Below, piece by piece: positions 11,800-23,329 of a stretch of 64,000 nucleotides of DNA. Where the stretch lies: contig JAYWIR010000026.1 of NCBI GenBank assembly GCA_036172245.1, positions 310,001-374,000 of the forward strand, read 5' to 3'. This stretch comes from Raillietiella orientalis (lineage: Eukaryota). A model generated the notes under the pieces. The model was not told the DNA's origin. It saw only the letters and a program-made list of their open reading frames with translations, and did not search any database. A program made the position numbers and the translations under genes. Numbering within the stretch: position 1 is the stretch's first letter; each line of letters begins with the position of its first letter.

Positions 11800-13800
11800 C
11801 TCCTTTTTCCCCTGGGGTTTCGTTCTTTCTTCTGCTTCTCAAGGAGTACTGAGGAAGCGTCCGCCTCCTCAGGAGGAGCTCTTTGACACCATCCACACCA
11901 CCCGAGGGTGCGTATGACTCTTCACGTCAGGGAGTAGCCCCGGAGGGCCCACCCTATAAATTCAGGAAGGATCCGAAGGAAGGAGTCTGCTCCTCTTACG
12001 CTTGGGAGGGAATTCCAAAGGTCACCGTCATCCTGGTTGTCTCTGGAGGAAGCCTCAGAGGTCATGCCCGCTCTCGTTGTCTTCGGAGGACCTCCCGGTG
12101 GAAGGGGTCACTCCCTATTTCTTCTCCGGAAGGATCCTCCGGAAAAGGACCTCTCCTTCTTTCCTCCTCTGAAGACAACCCGAAAGAGGCGCCTCCTAAT
12201 TTCTAATGAAGGGCGCTCCCTAAGGGAGCAGCGCGCTTCTTGACGCTCTGTGGAAGCAGCCAACTCCCTGAAGGGGCTCTCAGCCAGCTCCACGGAGCGA
12301 CTGTATCTTCACAACCGGAGGGGAACCCTCCGAAAGACTCCTTGACTTGCTAGAGGGACCCCAGAGGGTTAGCTTCCAATCCCGGCCACTAAACGGGGGC
12401 ACCCGGCTCCCAGCAGTGCCGCACCCCCGAAGCCTTTCAGCTAGCCTTTCCGGTTGCGAGGGAGGGGTGGATTCGAACCCGCGACGGCGCTTCACCACAC
12501 GCGCTGAGGCCGCAGCCGCACGGCAGCCAAGGCGGGACTGCATCTGACAGCTCCACTTTAGAGTCATCGCCTCTTTTTGTTGTGCAATCATTTATGGGGC
12601 TCAGTAGGGATGGATGAGAGCCATATGAGAACGCTGAGCACAGAGGGCAGCAGCACTTGAGACGGATTCCTGCGAGCAATCCGGATGCAGAGATGCGGCG
12701 CATTCCTTCGCAAGAACGGCGTTTCCAGCCGCTGGGCCGCTTTGCTGGCTTCCGCGAGCGCAGACGAGACCGAAGGATGGACTCCTCTTGGTTCGCAAGC
12801 AGTGTGGGCGTACCCGACCCGAACCGCGGGGAATCAGCACTGGACCGCCCCCAGAAAAGATTCCTCCCGTCTTCCGCCTTCCGTTCCCACTCCAGGAGCC
12901 GATCCCTGAAAGGAGCACCCCCGGCTCCTCGTTGCTGAGGAACGCGGGAACCGGGTCGCGGCGGCTCGGCCACCTCCTCGCGAGACCAGCGGGAGAAATC
13001 GTTCGGCCGCCTCGCCGCCAGATGGCAGAAGCAGCGGGAAGCCAAGCGGCGGCCGCGGAGAGGCAGTCCGGACGTCGCGTGCGAACTGCGCACGACGCAA
13101 CGGCCGCCACCGACCAGAGCTCTTCTTTGGCGGTCTCCGGCGGACCGACGGGACCGCCGAGCCGGGAAGTCTATCAGGAAAGAAGGAACGCGTTCTTCGT
13201 GGAGACGCCTTCTTCTCCTTACCGCGAAGAAGTTCGGGGTGGAGATGCGTGAGGCACGGTGGAGCCGAAATGCGACGGATGAAACCGGAGTGTTTCAGAA
13301 GAACATCAGCCGGTCCACGAATGCGGCCTGCACGTGCGAGGGGTTGCCTCCCTCCACGTTTACCTTTGCGCCGCTGTAGGGCGGTTTCGCTCGGCAAAGG
13401 TCGTCTCTGCGTTCAGGGAGCGAACGGTAAGCCCTGCGCCGGCGAAGGACCGGTGAAGTTGGGAATCGGCGCAGGAGTCTCTCTCGCCGGTCTCCCAGAG
13501 ACCGTCAGTCGACACGTGTCGGCTCTGATGAAGACGGACGGCCCGCAGGCTCACCTGGCCCCTTTCCCCGCTATGGCACCTTCCCGCTCTCGACGGTTCG
13601 GTTCGAGCGCTCGCTCGTTCCGGCGGATCAAAATTCCACGTGCACCACGACCCATCGTTTCCCAGGCAGCTGCCCCGCAGGGCGACTCACCCTTCTGTCG
13701 TGAGGAGCCGTCGACTCCGGGGCGAGGGAGACCGGGGGGGAGCGATGCTGGCTCCCTGACGCGGTCGCAGCGACAAACGCCAAGGCGTCTGCGACTGAGG
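11800..13800 (-). mobile_element. Tx1/L1-like LINE relic, same family as 1-2000, lacking the RT core
   Basis: 11820-12420 aligns by eye with 1100-1515 and 15200-15720 (shared blocks such as ccagctcca and atcccggcca). The minus frame gives GRDWKLT. The upper boundary is approximate. Confidence 0.65.
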
Positions 13801-14171
13801 CTGCTTGCCATCCTGACGACGGGTACACCTTGTGTCGCGCACCGCGTCTGCGCACGCGCATGCAAAAACATGCATGCTGTGCACGCATGCACGCATTCAT
13901 CGTATGCAGTACCGTTTAGTTGTGATCGTCTCTACTTATGAGGGTAAAGCAGGGCATTCAAAAGAGGAAGAAGGAGAGGAGCAAGAAGAAGAATGCGTCC
14001 CAAATGGACTGATTTACAGAATAGTGTGTGTGTGTGTTTTTGGTTCCTCCTCCCCTTGATGCGGCTGCAATGGCACCTTCATTAAGACGCGGTGTGTTGG
14101 GAAGAAGCGCGCAAAGCCCGCACGGACTTTACTCTTTGTGGAGCCACCGGACGGGAGGGAAGAAGACTTAC

Positions 14172-14659
14172 CCGTAATTGTCCGGTACGGCGGAGCTCTG
14201 AGCACAGAATCTCGTCCTGTCCATGCTCGATGGGGGATTGCCCAGCTGATTGTCAGGCGCGGTGGTCGCTGCCGAACAGCCGTTGCCGGGAAACATGCAG
14301 AGCATGGAGCTGGACGCCGTCGATGTGAGCGGGCTCGAACCGAACAGGTTGGGGAAGGACACGTTGGTCCCATTGAAGGAGTGGGGGGTGTCGCTCAGTC
14401 CGTGCTGCTGGTAGACGGCGAGGGAGCCGCCATGGGGCAGGAGGCCGGAGCTGCCGTTCTGAGCGCCGCGCACCCAGGAGTTGGCGTCCGCCGCGTTCTG
14501 GTGCTGCAGCAGGAAGTGCTGGTTCGTGGCGTCCGCCGCGGGCAGCTGGTACGAGTTGGTGTGGCTGACTTGGTGGAAGGGGAAGGAGATGAAAGGATTG
14601 GTGGACTGCTGGTTGCCGATCTGCTTCCTCCATCTTGCCCTGCGGTTGCTGAACCACAC
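14172..14659 (-). CDS. Pax3/7: Pax3/7 coding exon: homeodomain helix 3 and S/Q/N-rich transactivation region
   Basis: Acceptor cgcctccag|, phase 0. Begins VWFSNRRARWRKQ (Ser50, diagnostic of Pax-type homeodomains) and continues as low-complexity S/Q/N/P sequence. Ends TAC GG|GTAAGT; if unspliced, an in-frame TAA lies at 14170-14168. Confidence 0.93.
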
Positions 14660-14833
14660 CTGGAGGCGAACAAGTTGCCGCTCAGTGACCCGTTCGCGCG
14701 GGGAGCGCGCCCGAGAGAGCGTGGGGGGAGGGGAGAGCCCCCCTCCGCGATTGGCGCGCGCGGATTCGAAACCTGCGCACTCGCCGCCGCGCGCTGCCAC
14801 TTCGGCACTTTAGATCGCGACTCGGTGCTTCTC

Positions 14834-14952
14834 CTGCCGTTCTGAGCGCCACGCACCCAGGAGTTGGCGTCCGCCGCGTTCTGCTGCTGCTGCTGCAGCA
14901 GGAAGTACTGGTTCGTGGCGTCCGCCGACGTTTCGGCCTCCCCTGCTGGTAC
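14834..14952 (-). pseudogene. Intronic duplicate of part of the Pax3/7 exon (copy of about 14451-14552)
   Basis: Near-identical sequence. The copy translates as ADATNQYFLLQQQQQNAADANSWVRGAQNG, versus ADATNQHFLLQHQNAADANSWVRGAQNG in the real exon. Confidence 0.9.
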
Positions 14953-14954
14953 CA

Positions 14955-17050
14955 CCCTCGGTCCCCTTGCAGCTTCGATATCCAGCGCTCCTGTGCTTCT
15001 CTCCTAGCTCCTTCCTTCCCGGCCAGGAAGGCATCCCGAAACCGCACCCTTCGAAGAGCGCGAGGGTTGGCGCTCTTTGGGCGTTTCTTTGTACCTTTTC
15101 TCTTTCTAAACACCAGTAGTGACCTCACGGGAGGATCGTGGCTTTCGGATGGTGGAACTCCTTTCGGGGGTTCTTCTCTTCCCGCTGTTTTCCTTCCAGC
15201 CTCTTCTTTTTTGTGGTTCTCCAGAAGTTCTGAAGAACTGTCCGCCTTCCTTGGGGAGGGGGAGAGCTCAAGAAGCTCTTTAGGCTGTCTGCACCACTGG
15301 AGGGTGAGTGCTGACTCTTCACTCAATTAGTCATAGGACAGTCCTTACGGGGCAACATCGTAGGAATCTAGGAAGGCTACGGAAGAAGTAGTCCTTTCGT
15401 CTCTTGCACTTGGGAGGGGGAACCCCGAAGGGAACCACCTCTTCCTTGTTCTCTCCGGAGAGATTCCTCAGTAAGGGTCTGTTACGGGTTTTCTCCTCTG
15501 AAGAAAACCCCGAAGGGTCCTTCCCTAAGGGGGCGGGGCGCTTCCCGCACTCTGGAGGAGGATATCAACCAGCTCCATGGAACGCCAAGGTATGGCTCCG
15601 TTTTCGCAACTGGAAGGGATCCCGAAGGGTTCCTTGGTTCCTGGAAGGACCCCGAAGGGTCGACTTGCAATCCCGGCCAGTCAACGGGCACATCCGGTTT
15701 TTGCCACCAGTGCCGCAATCGAATAGACCGACCAGCATCATCTCGCGGGGGAAGGAGGGAGAAACCCCCGTTCTCGGCATCGTGATCGATCCTTCCTCGG
15801 GCGGGATTGAAACCGCGACTCTTGGCACCACGCGAAGAGGCTGCAGCCGCCGTCCAACGACCTCCGATGCGGCGTTTCTTTGTACCATCCGGTCTGGCAC
15901 GGTTCACCGCGAGCCATCTCTGATGGCTTGCAACTACAGAGATCCGTTGCAAACTCAATCTGTGCCCGCGACGTTGCCATGGCTTCTCACGCCACACCGA
16001 CCGCACATTCAGGAAAGGACCGAACGGCTGAGCTCCCCGGCAGGCACACTCTCTTTTCCTCTTTCGTGCGTTCCTCTTCCGTTCCCAGCTACTCGCGACG
16101 CGTCCAGGTTGCTTTCCGTCGCGAGCTGTCCTAAAGCCGGGATGCTCTTATCCTCTCTTCATTCGCCTCCCGCCTCGCTGCTGAGGGTCCTTCGCGACTG
16201 CGTTTGGCCCGGAGCAGGCATGCCCGTCCCTCTCTTCCGGCGGGGCGCGGCATCTTCTGCGCGGCCTGCCGCTTCCTAAGAGCGGTCTGGTCGCCATCTC
16301 CAGCAGTGGGAGGCGCCAGGAGGCACGGATCCTGCGTTCGCTCTTCTGGGACGAGAGTTGTCCGCACCGCGCGGCGCCCCGCCACTTTTCGGTGCGCTCC
16401 AGCAGCGCGGGGGTCTCGGAAAGACGCAAGTGCCAGCGGCAAGTCGCGCACCGTTCGGTCTTCTTTTCGGCAACCGACGCTCTCCTGCGAGTCCGTTTCC
16501 TTGGATTCGGTGACGAGGACTTGATTTCCGTCTGTGGGAAACCCAGGGAGCGAGTTTTTCTGTCTGAGCCGGCGGCGGAAGCTACGGTTGGCAGGGGAGT
16601 TGCGAAAGGCTCGGGAAACGAGACAAAGAGCAGAGGACGCTTCCGTTCCTGTCGATCTGCGGCCGCGCAGCTTTCGCAGAGAGGCCCGCGTGCCGTCCTC
16701 TCGACCCAGTTGGAGAGAAGGAGAAGCGTTCCGGTCGCCATCATGGCTGACCCGTAAACCCGGCAGCCGTCCTGAGATCCGGAGACGCGAAATCGACCGC
16801 ACAAACGGAGGTTCGAGTTCATCCTGGGGGCTCTCTTCCTGGACTGGCAGGCAAAGAGGAAACTCTGGGAGGCGAGGCGCTGGCAGGACGCTCAGGTTTT
16901 GCCATTCAAACGGGAAAGCGATTGCAGCGCCTCTGCAATGTTCGCGCGCCGATTGGGAAACAGTCGAATGGTCCGTTGCCATTGGGAACCGCACTGTTTG
17001 AGAGATGCCGCGCATCCTGACGGCTACAAGGCTAAAAGTTATCGTCCCGT
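14955..17050 (-). mobile_element. Tx1/L1-like LINE relic in a Pax intron, truncated early in the RT region
   Basis: Nucleotide similarity to 1100-1515 and 11820-12420. Remnant motifs: CATCRWH (zinc-knuckle-like, about 16440) and SPSSGADSL (SPGxDG-like, about 15300). Confidence 0.65.
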
Positions 17051-17632
17051 ACTGACTCGTTCGTGTGTGCATTTTATTTTATTTTATCTTTTGTGGCCAT
17101 TTTCGTATTCCTTTTTTGTTAGGGGAGGAGGGGGGACAAAAGGGGGGCGGGGGAAGGAGCAAGTACTCATCCGTTATCTGTCTACGAGGCGTCCAATCTA
17201 ATCATCTTTATTTGGCTGAAAAGCCAACTCGTGCGGTTCTCGTGTAGGAACGCTTTCGTCACCGTGGTCTTCCCGATGACCCGTTGCGGTCATCTGAGAG
17301 TCCAGCAACGGGAAGACTTCACGCTTCAGAACTCTCGCTTCGCGTTCCATCTCTTTTTTATTCGGCCCGTCTTGTTCTCATCTGGCCGTCTTGGCAACCA
17401 AGCGCCATCTGGAGGATCGGGAGCGCGGCGTGCGCGCCAAGCGTGCACCTCGCGTGCTCGGGCGCGTGCCAGGGGAAAAAAAAAAGCCGCCCCCCCCCCC
17501 CACACGCGTTTGCAGCGCTCACGGCTATCGGAGTTTTCACGGGGGAAAGGGAGGGCGTGATTGTGCCTCTCGGTGGATGCCCATCGGTCTGGCGTCGCGC
17601 AGGGCAGCCAAGATAAAAATATCGGCCCTTAC

Positions 17633-17826
17633 TTGAACGCGCGCTTCCGTCAGCTTGGTCCTGCGCGCCAGCTCCTCCCTGGTGTACACGTCCGGGTACG
17701 GGGTGCGCTCGAAGACCCGCTCCAGCTCGTCCAGCTGCTCCGTGGCAAAGGTGGTCCTGCTCCTGCGCTGCTTCCTCTTCAGGGGGATCCCTGGCTCCGA
17801 CTCGGTGTCCGAGTCGATGCTCCTGC
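17633..17826 (-). CDS. Pax3/7: Pax3/7 coding exon: homeodomain N-terminal part
   Basis: Acceptor cgcctag| after a pyrimidine-rich stretch, phase 1, matching the previous exon. Reads [65 protein letters not shown]. Donor CAA|GTAAGG lies at the Q|VWF intron position typical of paired-class homeoboxes. Confidence 0.96.
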
Positions 17827-20794
17827 CTAGGCGGGGGGGACAAAGGCAATGCAAAGATGGCGCGCAAAGGCGGAAAGGTGTCCCGCGGTGTGGTGCATTT
17901 GCTGATAAAGTGCCCCGGTCCACGGAGACGAAATTCCCGGGGCACCGTTAAAAAAGTCTCCTCCTCCCCCACGCGGGGAGCCGCAGCTCCCGGAGGATGG
18001 GCTTCGTTCCCCGGTTCGCCCCGCGCCCCTGCGCACTAAATAGATTGATGGATGGCGGAGGAGTCTCCTGTTGGTCGAGGTGAAAATCAAAGGCTCCCGA
18101 TGGTGTCATCATGGTTGTTGATTGCGGTTTACGTCTCGCATAAACCAGAAAGGCAAAAAGAGTGAGGGAAAGAGAGACAGAGAAGGGGGGGGGGGAGAGG
18201 CGAGGGAGCAGCGAAAATATCCCTGAATGCTCCCTTAACCGAAGAGGCAGCGCACGCAGGTGGTCCCCGGGAACAAATTGCAAGGCTGAATGGGACGGCG
18301 TTTATGGACCTGGGCATCAGATTGTAAATGACTCACTCTGTTTCCCCTTTTGTCCAGGTAATTTGGTGATGCGGCCTATCGATTACGGGGCCCTGACACG
18401 AAAGCGGAGTAGCCAAAGGGGGGAAAAGGAAGGCAAAAAAAAAAAAAATGGAGAAGGCTTCTGGGAGAATTCAAATCAGTTAACCCTCTCAGATGTCGGA
18501 AAGGCGAGCTACGGCGGGGATTGATAGATCCCGGAAAGATTATTATTTTATACATATTTTTTTTCTCTCTCTTTCGAGCGCACACGTTTCGGGCGTCCGC
18601 CGCCTCGCGGCAGCAGCGGCGGCGCGAGCATACAAGACCGCCACGCGCACCGCCGCACGCGAGGCGAAGAATGCGCAGGCGCAGACGCACCCGGCGACGC
18701 TCGCCGCGAACCAGTACGTGCGTTGCCCTTCCTTTTCGTTGTTTCGTTTGCCCCTCTCCCCACCAAACAACAAGAACAACAAGCAGAAAAAAACACCCAC
18801 CCACCCACACACACACACACAAAAAAGAGGATGGCATCCTGTCGGCCGCGGAGGCGGTTTCCGTGGGAAAGCGCGCCGAGTCCCGCTGCCTCCGATCCGG
18901 ATCCCCCTACAAAGAAAACGCAGCTCTTTTGAATTTTCCTTTCGGGCCGGCATCGGTCCGACCTCCATTCAACGCGCCAGCACCCTTCCTTTTGCCCGCA
19001 CGCACGCAAGGACACATCCGTGGTTTTCCTCCCCCCTCGCCGACGTGGCGGAGGGGCGTCGGAGGCGGCCGCAGGTACCGAACCGCCTGGTGGCGCGCGG
19101 GGTGCCTCCGGGGAGCGGTGGACCCGCGGGCAGAAGGGGAGGCCTTCTCTGTGCGCACCTGCGTCGGACGCGCGGAGAGTCCGGGAGACCTCGTGACGTC
19201 ACGCCCGCTGCTCGCCGAGCGGTCCAGACGAGAGGACGCGCGTCGGAGCGAGTGAGCTCGAGGCGACGACCGGGCCGCGACCACTTGACGCATCCGAGAG
19301 GGCCACGAGCCGGGAGCCCTGGGAAGGAGCCGGAGGCCTTCGGTCACGTGGGAACGGCAACCCGTGACCAAGGCCTTCTGGTGCTGGTGTTCGTCTCAGG
19401 GGAGGAGGAGGAGGAAAAAGTCGCCCGTTCCCGCCTTGGACCGCCACGGGAGGGGCGCGCGACGACGAGAGAGGGAGGCCGCATTCGCCAACAGAGCCTT
19501 GGAGGGAAGGTCGGTCGGAGGCGACGTGTCAACGAGTCCGCCGGAAAGACATGCCTGGACTCCGGTCGAAGTGCCCACGGGAGTCTTCGGATCGCAATCA
19601 GCCCGGTCCGAAACCACCAGGGAGCGGAAAGTTGCCGAAGCAGAAGCCATTTCGGATTCTCAACCGCATAAAGATGCCTAGAGGTGCGTTTCCAGAGGAA
19701 CCACGGGTGACCTCGGAAAGCGGCTGCGCTTGAGAGGCTAGTCAGCAAGCGTCCTGAGCTTGCGGTCCTGGCTGACGAAGCTGGTGAAGGATCATCAATG
19801 CCGGAAGGCACCGACCTTCTTAAGGAAGCTAGATGACCTCACCTCAAGGAGGTGGGCGGTCGAGGCCATTCCAAAGAGTGTCTGCGAAGAAGCACGATGC
19901 GCTAGGGACGCGCAGCGGTCGAAGGGACACAGGGAGGCTTGGAGTTTCTGCAAGGTTGTGGCGAGTTCGAGAGGACGATCTTTCCCGGGGGAATTGCGAG
20001 AACTCGGTCTGGATGTTTCGAGTGGGGAAAAGGATGAAGGGAGGGAACAGAAGGGAAGAAGAAGAAAGGAGGAAGAGGAAGGGAGGAGGAGGAGGAGAAA
20101 GAGAAGAGGAAGGGAAGAGGATGTCTTCTGCATGCTTCGCGCGAGCGGTCAGCAGGACACCCGCGCGCTCCGGGAGCCTGCATGGAGAAGCCGGCAGCAC
20201 TGGAAGCGCAGCGACAAAGCCACGACCTGAGGGTCTTTCATGGAACGTCCCTCCCCCCCCCCCGACCACCACGGCGGCGGCGGCGACCACCACCTCCACG
20301 TCTGCATCTAATCCTCCCCTAATCTGCGGTTTCTCCCAGGCCATTAAGGGGGATTTCGGAGCTCGCGACGCCTGCGCCTCCGTCCTGCAGCCGGGGGTGC
20401 TCCTTTCAGGGGCTCCCGGAAGCGCATCTGCGCGAGCGGAAGTTCTTTCACCGCCCCACCGGCTTGTGAGCGCCCGGGAGCTCACCCCGGGTCGCTGGAC
20501 TGATCCGGATTTATGGCGAGGCATCCCCTCGATGCTCCATCCGTCATCCAAGGGAGCGCCAGGCCCGCCCTCTATCGAAAGGCAAAGAAAGCAGAGAGAG
20601 GGGGTGGAAAAAAAGAAGAAAATAAAAAAAAGGCCGGAAGACTGCTGCTGCCGCCGCTGCTACCTGCATAAATTAGGGGCGACCAACCTTCTCTCTCCCG
20701 CCCCCGAGGCGGTGGGTGCGATCGATTAGTCCGAGCTGCATCCCGGCGGGGCGCCCACCTACGCCTTGCGCCCCCGACCGGTCACCCCACTGAC

Positions 20795-20915
20795 CTCCGA
20801 GGATGCCGTGGATGCTGTGGTCCTTGCGGCAGTCGTCCAGTTCCTTCCTCCCTCCTCGCAGCACACGGCTGATGGAGCTGACGCTCGGGGCGTTGGCCTT
20901 GTCGCAGACGTCATC
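20795..20915 (-). CDS. Pax3/7: Pax3/7 coding exon: end of paired domain plus octapeptide
   Basis: Acceptor tttccag| follows a 76-bp intron. Reads [40 protein letters not shown], i.e. the paired-domain terminal helix (PSVSSISR) and an HSIxGILG octapeptide. Donor G|GTCAGT, phase 1. Confidence 0.95.
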
Positions 20916-20991
20916 CTGGAAACGACCGTTTCCGGTGGACGGGGGCGGCGGGGGGAAGGGGCGCCGGAGGGAGTGCGCGCGCGCGCCCTAC

Positions 20992-21342
20992 CTTGATCAG
21001 CCGGTCCCTTATCTCCCAGGAGAATATCCCGGGGTTGTCCCTCTTGTAATCCTCGATCTTCCTCTCGACCTCCGGGGTGGCCACCCTTGGCTTGCTGCCG
21101 CCTATCATCCCCGGCCGTATGGAGCCGGTCTCCTGGTAACGGTTGAGTATCTTGGAGACGCACCCGTGGGAGACGCGGAGCTGCCGGCTGATGACGCACG
21201 GCCGCACCCCGGCAGCCGCCATCTCGACGATCTTCAGCCGAATGTGGTTGGGCAGCGGCCGGCCATTCATGAAGACCCCTCCGAGCTGGTTCACACGACC
21301 TTGACCTGTCAACAGGGATGGAACGGTGACCGCGTGCTCCAT
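20992..21342 (-). CDS. Pax3/7: Pax3/7 (paired/gooseberry-like) coding exon: most of the paired domain
   Basis: Translates as [117 protein letters not shown], a Pax group III paired domain. Ends at donor AAG|GTAGGG (GT at 20991-20990). The 5' end is uncertain: in-frame ATG at 21342 (context ACGATGG) or acceptor ccctgttgacag| with the exon starting at 21305. Confidence 0.96.
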
Positions 21343-22089
21343 CGTCGCCGCCGCCACCGCAACCAACAGCAACGGCAGCAGCGGCAAAGAGAGATGCAAG
21401 AACGGAGAGACGTCGACGAGCGTCGACGAGGAGGAAAGTCATGTGCCGCTGCCGCAGGCATCCTCGCCTTCGGGAAGGCGAGACGTCGCTCGACCATCGG
21501 TCAGCCAACGCAGCTGCCCGGTCCCTCCCGTCCGGAGGAGAGTCAGCGTGTCGAAAGCGAGCGCGGGTACATTCGGAGGACCACCATCCTCCCTTCCAGC
21601 CGTCCCCGCATCCGGGATCTACGCGGAGGTCACGCCCCCGAACGGAGGATCGTCCCCGGGAGTCCCTATTCTTTCGCCCGCTCGCCGGGAGGAAGAGGAA
21701 GAGGAGGTCGCCGAACCCGCGCCGGCGAGGTGGGGGCGGAGGGTGCAGGGAAATAGCGCCCTGCACTGCCCCGCATCACTGGAACGCTCTCTGGAAGCGG
21801 CGAGTGGTGCAGCTCTGGGAATCGCACCGCACGGTTCCCGGCGGCGCGATTCCCAGTGCCTTGCAAGGAGACTGAACCATGGGCCCTTTGTTGACGCGCT
21901 GCCCGAAAATCAACAACCAAAAACACCACTGTTGCAGTGTTTCCCTTGCAGACCGAACTCCACCCTGCGGGAACGGGAAACCACCGACGGATGAAGAGAG
22001 CATTCACCTACGCGAGGCGTAGGTGGGGACCCGAGTCCTGCCCAGTGGAGGATGTGCAGCTGGGCAGGACTCAGGCACGAAGAAGGGCC

Positions 22090-22960
22090 GGAAATCTCAT
22101 TTGGGGACGTCACGTCCCACGATACGTTTGGCGATATGCCGGGCAGCGTCATATGGTATCAGGCAGCACGTCGAGCATCCATCGGGCCGTGTTGAGAAGC
22201 ATCACGCAATGCGCTGGGCAATCTGTCGGGCAGTGTCGGATGGAGTCGAGAAGTACATCGAGCGATAGGTCGGGCAATCTGGAGGAGTCGAGCGGTGTCG
22301 AGCAATGGACAGCCGGAAATTGCCTTTGGGGACTTCACGTACGAAGTGCACACCGCGAAAACAGCCACGTCGACGCAGGGCAAAGTGGACATCCCTCGTC
22401 GGGAAACACCCGCGGATCGACTTCACGGCAAGGACCACGTCCAGTGTCGGAAAGTGTCGACAGCCTCGAACAGTAAGCCGGAGAACGTCAGGTAATACGA
22501 CAGGGGTAATGTTGGGACAGTGTCGAGAACTATGTATGGCAATACGTCGGGCACTATGTAGGGCAGCGTAGAGCAATACGTCGTGCAATATTGGCGAGCA
22601 ATACATCGGGCAGCGTTAGGCAGCACGCTGGACAATAAGTCGAGCAATACGTCGGGCAGCGTCGAGCAGTGCTGCAGAATATCTAGTAGCTTTGAGGACT
22701 ACGCCGGACCGCATTAGGCAATGCGTCGGGCGATACGTCAGGCAGAGAAGAGCAATATGTCGCGCAATACGTCGGGCAGCGTTTGGCAGCTCATCAGGCA
22801 ATACATTGAGCAATGTCAGGCTGTTTCGAGTAGTGTCGGATAGTATCGGACAGCGTCGAGAAATACGTCGGCACCGGCGTGGAACAGTGGCGGACAGAAC
22901 CGAGCAGCTCCCAGCAATACGTCGGGAAGCGTCCGCCGTTCCGTGTTCCACGGTGACAAA
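22090..22960. repeat. Degenerate GC-rich minisatellite
   Basis: Recurrent core GCAATACGTCGG and variants (about 22539, 22573, 22598, 22644, 22764, 22914) interleaved with gcagcgtcga-like units. Confidence 0.8.
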
Positions 22961-23329
22961 CATCCTCGGCTGCCAATGCACGCGCTGCCTGCCAGAGGCG
23001 AACCGCGCATGCGGGGAGACGGCAGCCGGGACTCTGCGAATGCGTGATCAACAACCAAAGTAGACCGTGATGCGACGGTCTACTTGGCGACCCGTGCCGG
23101 GGGGGCAACTCTGAAAAGTTGCCCTACGCGGCCTAATGCGCTTCCGTACAGCCCGGGAGCACATGGGGAAGTCGGGGTCAAATCTGGCGCCTCAGGCAGA
23201 CGGGAAGATGACTTCGGGAGAGGAAGGAAGTGGTTTTTCGCTCCTTCTCCAAGGCAGCCGCCAATATGCGAGAACCCTCAGCAGTCGCCGCGTCGCCACG
23301 AGGGGCCGAATAGAGCAGATGGGCCAAGG

